Source: Veleropilina oligotropha
Lineage: Eukaryota
Direction: 5' to 3'
Length of the DNA: 64,000 nucleotides
Assembly: GCA_048128005.1 (NCBI GenBank)
Contig: JBEUKZ010000067.1
Span: forward strand, 1 to 64,000
Shown: piece by piece, positions 20,701 to 31,800 of the stretch
How the letters are laid out: every line of letters starts with the position of its first letter
How positions within the stretch are numbered: position 1 is the first letter of the stretch
The notes under the pieces: generated by a model
The model's database searches: none
Told to the model about the DNA's origin: nothing
The model's input: only the letters and a program-made list of their open reading frames with translations
Position numbers and translations under genes: made by a program

Positions 20701-21730
20701 GTTCCGGAAGTGGTCCACCACACAGCGGACGAAGCAGTTTGTAAACTCTCCGTCTTCTTGAGGGGCCAGCATTGGCCCCGGTTCGCCTTGCTGCTCCGGA
20801 AGCGGATGCAGGTCGTACCGAACATAGTCGAGATATTCTCACCCCTTCTCCCACGCCGCCTGGTCGATGCCGTGAAGAGCCCCGGCGCTGACCTGGTCTC
20901 CGCGAACTACCCCCTTCCCCTTAATGTGCTGCTCAGAGACACCCACTTCCTCTGTCACTTGGGCAAGAGGCTCCTTGGCCGATTTCCCCACTACCGTGAA
21001 CAGCTTGTATTGTGTGTCGGGGTCTAGAAGCTCCAACACCGCCGAGGCCATGCCCAGCGTCACCCGAAGATCCCTCTTTTCGCACGATACCCAATACACC
21101 GCGCCTTCGTCTGTGATGTCAGGCCCCCTTACAACAGCCCGGAAGTCGAATCTACGACCATCAACAGCCTCAGTAATCTCTTTACGGACGATGTCGGCGC
21201 CCGTTTTAATATACGCCCCATCGGGGTACAGGACTGCGACACCGTCCACGAGGAGGGAATAATACTCATCCGAGGCTAGGTGATCTCTCAGAACATCCCC
21301 GGGGGGCCCCTTCCGAGCAATAGCCCCCGCAAGGGTCTCTTTCCGAGACCTAGTCAGACCGTGCAGGTTCGGCTTGACGATTCGATCCGTGATGTTACGA
21401 AGTGGCTTCTGTCGTAGCAAGGGCTTTTTTCTCAGCCTGGGAGGTATATTTACGGACCTTGAGGGCCACCTCGACCTCGTCCTTAAGCTGCCGCAATTCG
21501 CGAGCACGACGGCCTCTTTTGTGGGGGTTCTCCACATCTCCACGAATGGAGGGGAATCTTCCCGTCTTCATCGGCCGCTCGAGTCGCCTCCGAAACTCGG
21601 CAGCACAGACCCCGGCCATTGCCCTGATGAGGTCGTTTTTCTTGAGCTTCGACCGATCGGGAAGCCCGTAATCTCTCGCTAGATTGCGTAGTTCGCTGAG
21701 GGAGACACGCACCATTTCGACATGACACAT
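17774..21730 (-). pseudogene. Multidomain replicase: HeH/Rho-N, OTU-like protease, divergent family B DNA polymerase, SF1B helicase, HNH nuclease (at least 8 disruptions)
   Basis: N-terminal LSELRNLARDYGL..KLKKNDLI, DGEFTNCFVRC and HNNHAW. PolB-like HLDMRAAY, GWITTPEL, HIRAFVLAY and VCTDAIY. Helicase GQGGSGKT, VLTPEN, TIHHY, IVIDE, VGDMGQIPP, YRC, TVHRVQGKT, YTAVSRA. C-terminal CVVC..SIDRLDDSQGH..NV. Polymerase and helicase motifs I-II share one open frame (ORF 18494-20308). Confidence 0.8.
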
Positions 21731-21757
21731 ATATACCAGTCTCTAAATGGAATTTTT

Positions 21758-22049
21758 TTAAGTCGCGCGCGACTGCAACTCGCACAATACTTTGCCGTAG
21801 AGACGGCGGGCTCTGTTTGCGGTGTTTATGAGAGCCTGGGCGGCACGATGACCTCCACATGGTCTACACAACAGAACGGCCGATTTCGTACCGACACCAC
21901 ATACCCTACATGGCAGGGGTGATGTTCTTCCCATCCGAATTTGCTGTCTGTGTCTTGCAAAATTCGTTGACGCAGGTACGACCACAAACCCCAACGGTAT
22001 TAACTTTCAACCAAGGGCATAGATTCGTTCCCCACATGGCGTATAGCAT
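21758..22049 (-). pseudogene. Small Cys/His-rich zinc-finger-like viral protein, one frameshift
   Basis: MLYAMWGTNLCPWLKVNTVGVCGRTCVNEFCK, then a shift near 21950 to HRQQIRMGRTSPLPCRVCGVGTKSAVLLCRPCGGH. Confidence 0.6.
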
Positions 22050-22096
22050 TGCATACGCCAGTCTCTAATAGATTATGACACTAATATATCAAGCCA

Positions 22097-22449
22097 GGGC
22101 CGGCGAGGGTAACGGGCCCAAGTCCCATAGGGCTCGTACTATATACCAGCTCCGTTCAAACGGGCGTGGGGGGGCCCCAGGCCGTTGCCCACATAGACTA
22201 TTCTAAGCTACCCTAGTTTCGGACGGCGCTGGCCCATTCTTATAAAATACCCCCCCTACCGACTATTCTAAGCTACCCTAGTTTCGGACGGCGCTGGGAG
22301 CCCCCCGGCCGCCCCGCCCCCCCCTGGATTCTTCTAAGATGCCCCCCTGCGGACTATTCTAAGCTACCCGAGTTTCGGACAGCGCTGGGAGCCTCCCCGG
22401 GGGCCGAGGCCCCCTCCCTAGATTATTTCAAAACCCCCTAGTCCCCCCC
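22097..22449 (-). repeat. Right terminal inverted repeat (~353 bp)
   Basis: Reverse complement of 6887-7248. Ends ...CCCCCTAGT-C7 followed by GCACT. Confidence 0.95.
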
Positions 22450-23353
22450 GCACTCAAGAAGGGTAGCCAATGGGACCCAACATTCGGGAAACGGACAGAG
22501 ATCACAACCAGAGGACAGGCGGATACCTTAGAAGATGATACGTATAAATTGTAATGTATCCATTCAAATCGTGATGAGATGTTGTAGCTATAAAGTGTAC
22601 GTGTTTTTGTTCTAAGATGTGCCAACAGAAGCACTGGTCTGTACATGTATAAGTCAATATTCAAAGCTATTAATGTTGTTGAGGGGTCTAGAAATAGCAC
22701 AAAGTTTATCTGTGTGGAATCAAAGGCTACATTTTTTCTGTATCGCTATATATTAGCACTAAAACGTGTGAAGGCTGTATGGTAACATGTATATTACATT
22801 GTGTGGCGGCGCAACAGTTTTTCTCTTGGACACAGGAGTCTAGGTATCACTTCACTAATCAGTCATGATTGACTATTAATTTACCAGATATTGCATTGAA
22901 ACCAGTAGTAGAGTTAGTAGAATGGGAGTTGAAATTGTCATCTGTTAGTATGTCTATCTCATTTATGTTAAGTCATTATTATGTCACAATTGATGTCAAA
23001 TGTACATCTTTGAAACACTATTAAGCATGGGCAGATGACATGAATTCAATTGTCTGTATTGGGCAATCAGAAACCATGCACTTATTATTTATAAAAGTAC
23101 TTAATTGTTAGTTGTCTCAACCAGCAGTCACCATAGCAGTCAGTTTTAGATAAAAAGGTGTATATTTCATAAAACATGAAAGTAGAAAACATACTCATTC
23201 AACTTAATACAATGTGTTCATATACTGTACTTAAAGGCAAATATGTGTACATAGGGTGTAACAAGTTTCAGAAAGTAAGTGTGCAGTTTTGATGATATGT
23301 TCAGAACAAAGGACTTTAAGGTCCCACCAATTAAATTGCACGATTCTAGCTAA

Positions 23354-24268
23354 AACAAGAAGACAAAGCCATCAATATCCCCAGCAAAAATACATTCACA
23401 ATAATTACTATATGCTGTTCTTGAAACAATATCATTGACTTAAATAATAACAAGGGCAATAACTCTGTCATTAATCATGACGCCACGTTATAATTATGGA
23501 AAGGCACCAGTTAACCAACTACTAAATACACCCACCAAGTTTCGTAATGATAAGTCAAGCACTGTATGAGATATTGTCGGGAATAACAAAATTAAAGCAA
23601 GGGCAATAACTCTGTGAATATTTGACGTACAATGTCGAAATTAACGAAAGGCACAAGATCAACAACTGCTTAATACACCCACCAAAATGCGTAAAGTTAT
23701 GCCAATCGGTTTATGAGATACGCTTCGGAAAGGAGAACAGTAACAAATTAACAACAAGGGCAATAACTCTGTTTATGATCACCACACAACGTCGAAACTA
23801 TCAAAATGCACCAGTTCACCGACTACTTAATATATCCAGCAAGGTTCGTGAAGTTATGTCGAGCGGTGTATGAGGTATGCTCCGGAAAAGCGAAATTTAA
23901 TGAATTTAGAACAAGGGAATTAACTCTGTTAATGATCGCCGCACAATGTCGAAACTAGCAAAAGGGACCAGTTCACCGACTACTGAATACATCCAGCAAG
24001 TTTCGTAAAGTTATGTCAAGCGGTGTATGAGCTACGCTCCGGAAAAGATAACATTAACGAATTTAGAACAGGGGAAATAACTCTGTTAATAATAGTGACA
24101 CGACATCGAAACTAGCAAAAGGCACCAGTTTACCGAGTACTTAATACACCCAGGAAGTTTCGAAAAGTTATGTCGAGCGGTGTATGAGATATGCTCCGGA
24201 AAACATAATTTGGATGGACGGTCTGCATTTTAATATCCCCGGATTTTTTTTTTGCGGGGGGGGGATAA
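23354..24268 (-). mobile_element. Helentron/HINE-like non-autonomous element with ~155-bp internal tandem repeats
   Basis: Repeated AAGGGCAATAACTCTGT units. AACAAG at one end and the ATATCCCC..GGGGATA hairpin at the other. Confidence 0.55.
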
Positions 24269-24799
24269 TGATTAGCATGTTCATGTATTTGTAATGATAA
24301 CTGGACATTGTTTGTTTGAGAGAGATTGCCATTTGGTCATAAAAGCTTGGTGATCCATTTGAGATGTTATAGAGTGTTGATTAGATGGCTCTTGTGTGAA
24401 CAGCTGTTAATTAGTCTATAACTGCACATTTTAGGACTGAAATACTATATTGGTGAATTTATGTACAGATGAGATGAAAAAAATCGACAAGGGATATATT
24501 TTTAATCAGTAAAAATATTACAAAAATAAAAATAGTTACATATTGTATGCAAACATACATTAATAAAAGTTAATTGATAATCCCTATACAATCTCATTGA
24601 AATTTTTCATCACAATACATACAAATGTAAATCATAACAAATATAAATAATACCTTAAGAGTACCTTTATAAAACATTTCATTTGAATACGTCAACAAAT
24701 AAATTAATATTTTTTATCCTTTTTTTGAATAAACAACAACATAATGACACAACTCAAATGGCTGATAAAAACCATAATCTTTCACCTGCATTCATGTAG

Positions 24800-25382
24800 T
24801 ACCGGTTTAGCGATTTCAAACTACCCACTCTAATTGCTACCCCCGGTAACTTGATATCGGTTTCAGGCTACCCCCGGGGGTAAACTTGAAATCGATTTCA
24901 AATTACGCCCACTTGTTTATGACCAACTGTGTATTTGATATGGTGTATTTATTTAATAATATACATGTATTTAAACAACTAAACTAGAATACTAATATTA
25001 GAAATAAGATGCATTTGCCTTGTACTTCCTTGATAAGATACACGGGATGGGTACGTAGTTGTATTGGCTTTACAAACGTATATATACACCGGACCGCCCC
25101 GTGAGCCTGGACTGACTGAGGTTCACCTGTTGCTAGTCCCATGCATGGATTTAACAGTTCGTAATAGTGTGTGGGGGGGGGAGATAACAAGGAAGTACCT
25201 ATTTAACAGTAAGCAGGGTTCGCTAATAATACACAGTTGGTCATAAACAAGTGGGGGTAATTTGAAATCAGAGGGGGTAGTTTGAAATCGATTTCAAGTT
25301 AACCCCCGGTAGCCTGAAACCTGATTTCAGGCTACCGGGGGGTAACTAAAAAACGGGGGTAATTAAAAACCTTTACACCGGT
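24800..25382. mobile_element. Foldback-type MITE with long imperfect inverted arms
   Basis: Ends TACCGGT..ACCGGTA. CCCACTTGTTTATGACCAACTGTGTAT (~24908) is inverted at ~25229-25255. Internal GATTTCAAA/AGGCTACC subrepeats. Confidence 0.65.
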
Positions 25383-25831
25383 ACCATTATTTTTGACAAA
25401 AAAGCATTATAATGCAAGCTAGTACATTTATATATTATTACAAGTATGTGAATCAATAGAGTTTACATTACAGACCAATACATTCAAATTGCATAAAATA
25501 CTGTTTTATACAAATTTATTTCATTTGCCAGACATTTTATACATAAGATCTTCAAATGTGCAATCAAAATTAAATAAAACATTGATGTTTAAATTCTGAC
25601 AAATTTTGTATACATCAATTTTATATATCAATACTGGAGGTCTATAATAGTTATGACAGAGTATTATTATTAAATCATACCCACTACAAACAATGATATG
25701 GTAGATTCCAATCAATACATACAATTCTGGCAATTAAGACAAGTTTGATAGCTAGTTTATTATTTAATAAATGACAACATATAAAAGATAAATTTTTCGA
25801 TTTGTGCCCTTGAATTTTGATTTTGCCTTGA

Positions 25832-28800
25832 TTATCCTATAATGGTAGCATCTGCATTCCTTGGCAACATTTCATCGATATCTGCTACGACGTAGGACAC
25901 AACAGCCCAGACAGCGGCACATAAATCTAAGACGTGAGGATCTTCCACTGTCATTGTGTCTCCTAAAAAACCCCAAACAACAGCATAAGCTCGAAATGGC
26001 TCGCATGCGTGGAACTGCACATCAGTCACATATATTTCATGATTATTGTGTCTACATTCAATAGTAGATGACATTGTCAATTTGAAATAGACATATAAAG
26101 CATATGAAAAGTTGTACATGTATGAAGAGCAAAAAAGTTCAAAATTTCAATTAAATTGCTTTTAATATTTCTACTCTAGGGTTAGATTACAATGAAATAG
26201 TGATAACTGACAAAGAAATATTCAAAGTGTGCCCATTGTTGCATATACATGTATAGCATGCTTGAGAAAGCAGCATTTTATGTTAAAATATGAATTAAAT
26301 TATCTTTAATATTATTTATTTATGGTCCGATAACAATGAAATAGTGATATATAACACATGGAAATGCTAAAACATGCATATTGTTGCTTATACAGCATGA
26401 TTGAGAAACTTTCACCAAAAACTTTGACGAAAATTTCGAAGTCCAAAAGGAATATTTTATGATGAAATTTGAAGGAAATTACCATCAATATTATTTATTT
26501 AGTGCGAGGTAACAATGAAATAGTGATATCTAGCATATGGAAATGTTAAAACATGCATATTGTTGCTTATATAGCATGAATAAGAAACTCTAACCAAAAA
26601 CTTTAACAGGAGAACCAATTGTTGACGCCGGTCGGACAGACGAACGGCCGGCCAGACGACATGCTCATTACATAGACAACTATAAATCTCTAGACACTTT
26701 GCATAGCATGCGAACCCAAAATCAGCAATCAGTATTTCACAGACAGTCCAACCATGGGATACAGCTTGCTCTTGATAGCATGATCAAGGAACCATTGGAT
26801 ATTCCCAACAGGGAATCCATGAGCAAGCATATAGCTTCACAAACTGCCACCTTAAAGCGGGTTCTACACGACCAAGTTTTTCTAGACAACGTTTCCTTGT
26901 CAAGTTTACATGCTCATGTGGAAGATCGACAACTTTTCATTGCTATGACGTTAAATCGACTGTTGTCCACCTAGTGATTAACAAAAGAACCAACCAAACA
27001 GAAGTGACAGTTCGATGTGCAAGACATTGCCGGAAGTCAATTGAATAGACAGGATGATGCATGCTCAGTGAAAAGTTGAAAATTTTATCGTGTGCTGTCT
27101 ACACGACCGCATTTCCTTGTTCACTTGTTGTGAAAAATCTAGAACGACCAGCTTTTAAACGAGTGAGAATTGCCAGTTTTCCTCTTCTACACGGACACGT
27201 TTTCCTCGACAAAGAAATGTTGTCAAGGAAAACTTGGTCGTGTAGAACCCGCTTTAAAAGCTGGTCGTACTAGCTTTTTCATGCCAAGTGAACACAGAAA
27301 CGAGGTCGTGTAGATGGCAAATGATAAAATTGACAACTATTCACTGCGCGCGCATCATCCTGTTCATTCAGTTGACTTCCGGCCAGACTGACATGACTGA
27401 CGCAATGTCCTACACATAAAATTGACACTTCCATTTGGCTGGTTCCTCAGTTAATCACTACGTGAACAACAGTCGATTTAACGTCATAGCAATGAAAAGT
27501 TGTTGGTCTTCCACACGAGCATGTAAACTTAACAAGTAAAAGTTGTCAAGGAAAACTTGGTCATGTAGAACCGGCTTAAGTCTCACTGCTTGCTGTACCT
27601 GTAAAGACTACAAGCCTAGAGCAAGTCTGACAAAGAGATAAGTGGCCAATATGCGACACAATGCTGTATGTTTTAATAGATTAAATAAATATATATTGTA
27701 ACTGATAATTGATATGAAAATTATTTCATATGTTGCATACAAAACATTAACAACAAGAACAAGTGATTGCCATTAAGTGGCGATTGTCCCCCGCCCGTAT
27801 TATTGACCGCATATATATTTTTGCCTGCTGTGTATTCAGTAACTCAATGAGAATTAAGCAAGATTTCCTGCCACCAGAGGCTAAAGAGATAGATATGTAC
27901 CCAAAGACTAAGTCTAAATACTTCAAGTAAATTAAACTAGCTCAGTCACGAGTAACCGCATATGTATCCCCTGGTAATGACCTGTCTAGAGCGATCACAA
28001 GAAGTTAATTATGCTTTAAAATCCAAGATGGAGGCCACAGCGGCTTTCTTGGAGGTCGGACCATGCACACCCAAAATCTCTAGGAGTCGTGTCCTCACAG
28101 AAACCAATGCACATACCAAATTTGAAAACGTTCCGTTAAAGAGACTATTCAAAACATTCTATTAAGAAATAGCATGTCTAGAGCGATCACGAGGAATCTT
28201 TCGGCGGCGGCCATCTTGGGGGTCTGACACACCCAAAATCTCTAGGTGTTGTGTCCTCACCCAAACCAATGCACATACCCAATTTGAAAACGTTCCGTTA
28301 AAGAGACTATTGCCCGTAAATAAGCTCTTTTACATGAGTTGTCTCTGGCATGAGTTGTCCAGTGACACCATCTATCGCCCGGTTCGCGCAGATTGATACA
28401 AATTTCGCGAAGATATGATTGATATATGATCAAATGATAGACTTTTATTGAAATTATTATTGTAACTGGGAAATATGTTATTGTCAAGTAGAAAGCTATC
28501 GTACTTGACGAGCAGAAACTAACGCAACTGTGCTCCAACTAGGTCAATTGGAAATGAACTAGGTGTGAGGTAATTAAACGCGGACCGCGTTTTATAATTT
28601 TTAAATATTCAGTAGCGATTAATTTAAATGGTAGCAAATTACTGACGAAAGTTGAGTGTTGAAAATTCCTAACTTTTTACGGTATAAACAAAAAGTGTAA
28701 TACTAATGCTGTTAGTTTTCTTTTAAAAAAAGAAAGAGCACATTTACGGGCAATAGTCTCTTTAAGAAATGACCTGTCTAAAGCGATCACAAGCAATTAT

Positions 28801-31800
28801 GGTGGTCTTCTTGGAGGTCGGACCACACCAAAAATATATAGGTGTCGTGTCCTCGCCATAATCAATGCACATATCAAACTTGAAAACATTCAGTTAAGAA
28901 ATGGCCTGTCTAGAGTGACCACAAGGAATTATGGTGGCCATGGCAGCCATCTTGGAGGTCGGACCACACCCAAAATATATAGGTGTCGTGTCCTTGTCCC
29001 AATCAATGCATGCACATACCAAATTTGAAAACATTCTGTTAATAAATGGCCTGTCTAGAGCGACCACAAGGAATTATGCTGGCCGTGGTGGCCATCTTGG
29101 AGGTCTGACCACACCCAAATTATATAGGTGTCGTGTCCTCGCTCCAACCAATGCACATACCAAATTTGAAACCATTCCATTAAGAAATAGCCTGTCTAGA
29201 GCGAACACAAGGAATTATGCTTTAAAATCCAAGATGGAGGCCACGGCGGCCATCTTGGAGGTCTGACCACACCCAAATTCTATAGGTGTCGTGTCCTCGC
29301 CCAAACCAATGCACATGTCAAATTTGAAAACATTCCATTAAGAAATGGCATGTCTAGAGCGATCACATGGAATCTCTCAGCGGCGGCCATCTTGGAGGTC
29401 TGACCACATCCAAAATATATAGGTGTCGTGTCCTCACCCAAACCAATGCACATACACAATTTGAAAATGTTCCATTAAGAAATGACCTGTCTAGAGCGAT
29501 CACAAGCAATTATGGTGGCCATGGCGGCCATTTTGGAGGTCGGACAACACCCAAAACATTCCGTTAAGAAATGGCCTGTCTAGAGCGGCCACAAGGAATA
29601 ATGCCACAGCCGCCATCAAAAATGTTTATTAAATAAGTTCACAATATTCGAACTTCATATATCCAATGATGTGGTTAGTAAATCTGTAAAGTTTCAGAAA
29701 GCTAGTAGTATTTCTCTAAATGGAACTAGAACGGCTATCCAGACTGAGAGAATAACTAATAGTGTCGATGAAATATTGCCAGCAGGTTGGGAGGAGTAGT
29801 CCGGACAAGTTAACTAATTAATAACAGACAATGTTTATAAGTCTAGAGGTCACTATGTCAAGGTCAAAAGTCAAACTGGGAAAATTAGTTGCCGTTGCAC
29901 AACTACATGATGCAGTGATCATGTATGCCATGTGTCAATGAAATATTTCAAGCAAGTTGGCAAGAATAGTCCGGACAAGTTAATAACACTATTAACAGAC
30001 ATGTTTAGAAGTCCAGAGGTCACTATGTCAAGGTCAATGGTCATACCTGGGAAATTTGTGACCGCTGCACAATTACATGATGTATTGATCAAGTATGCCA
30101 AGTATCGATGTAATATTCCCAGCAGGTTGGGAGGAGTAGTCCGGACAAGTTAATAACAGACAATGTTTAGATGTCCAGAAGTCACTATGTCAAGGTCAAA
30201 GGTCATACCGGGAAAATTTGTTTTATGTAACAACTACATGATGTAGTGATCATGTATGCCAAATGTCGATGAATTCTGCTCAGCAGGTTGGGAGGAATAG
30301 TGCGGACGGACAGACGGACAGGCAGGGTGATTTCAATATACGCCCCTAACTTCGTTACGGGGGGTATAAAAAAACAATGTGAGGAATTGACCATATCCAA
30401 GTTTTCAGAGGCTATATTCAAAAGTGCTGAAAAGTCACCAAAAAAACCATAAGTTTTTCATATAAGTTCACAGTATTCAAACTTGACATTCGAAATTGAT
30501 CTACCCAATGATGTGGTTAGTTCATCTGTAAAGTTTCGGAAAGCTCGCATTTATCTAAATGGCAAAAAAAGATGTGAGAAAATCCGGGATGGACGGACGG
30601 ACGAACGCAGATTCTATGTCCCCGACCGCCCGATAGGCGGCGGGGGACAATAATACATAAAGATATGAAAATATTGTCATATTAAGCTGTATATAATAAT
30701 GTATGCATGGTTCTATACCTAGCAAGATTAAAAAACTTTAACAAGATGCATGCTACAAATTATATATAGCAATAATTACTCTGTAGGGTAACACAATACT
30801 GAGGTTGTCATATCCAATATACACTGATGTCAAAATAGACCTGCATTTGCTGGTACTGTATAGCATTATTGAGAAACTTTTAATAACAAAACTTTCTAAG
30901 TTCAACTATATCATTTTATGGTAAAATATTAAATAAAATATCTTCATGTTACTACTATAGGGTTACATTATGTTGATATAAATTATAAAATAAAATTTAC
31001 AGACCTGTCAATGCTCCCGTATCTGGTGGGAGGGTCCCGTCGTTGCGAATTTAAAGAATACATTTTTTTTTTAAATTGGGAAAACATTTTTTCCTGTAAT
31101 TTTTCTTTTTTAAATTTTTTTCATAAATGACCACCATAACAAATGTTGACCCCATAACAATCATAATAACTAAGATATATATATATTATTTACAATTGCA
31201 TTATAGCATGATGGTGAAACTTTAATCAAAAACTTTAACAAAGATTCTATAAGACCAATAACCAACATTTACAGTTAAATATTAATTAATTAACCTTAAA
31301 TATAACTAAAATCAGTTGCAAGACATTGAAATAGTGTTGTATAACATTCAGTAATGCCAAAGATAACATATGGTTGCATATATAGCATGAATGAGAAACT
31401 TTAACCAAAAACTCTTACAAAATGTTAACGCCGGTCGGATACGGCCGGCCGGCCGGATATGCTCATTACATAGACTCGCATTTACGTTGCATGCGAGCCA
31501 ATTATATATTTTTACAAGCTAAAAATATTCTTGAGGCTTATAATATTAAACTTTAAAGTTCAAAGCTAATGTGTTCAACTTTAAATTTTCCAACAAGAAT
31601 AATGATATTGCATATTTTTGTCAAATTTTCATTACAATTTAATCAACAGGTGCTAATAAGGAAATCACACTGATAACAAACAGCCACAAACAATCAACAT
31701 GAGATGCGTATTATACATATGGCGATTGATGCCGCCAAAAATTTAAGTTAAACTAAAAATTGTGCCTGAAAGTTGATCTTTAGTGTTGAAAACTACGATA

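Larger units (their letters stand above)
6887..22449. mobile_element. Complete endogenous Polinton-like/adintovirus-related dsDNA virus (15,563 bp)
   Basis: TIRs at both ends and GCACT TSD (6882-6886, 22450-22454). Abrupt GC-rich, intronless, densely packed ORFs including MCP, penton, A32 ATPase, rve integrase and PolB-helicase. Confidence 0.95.

Noticed and set aside
6887..22449. Bacterial/phage contamination or chimeric assembly
   Set aside because: Precise TIRs and a TSD join it to host DNA, the gene set is of eukaryotic Polinton-like type, and it shows post-integration decay.
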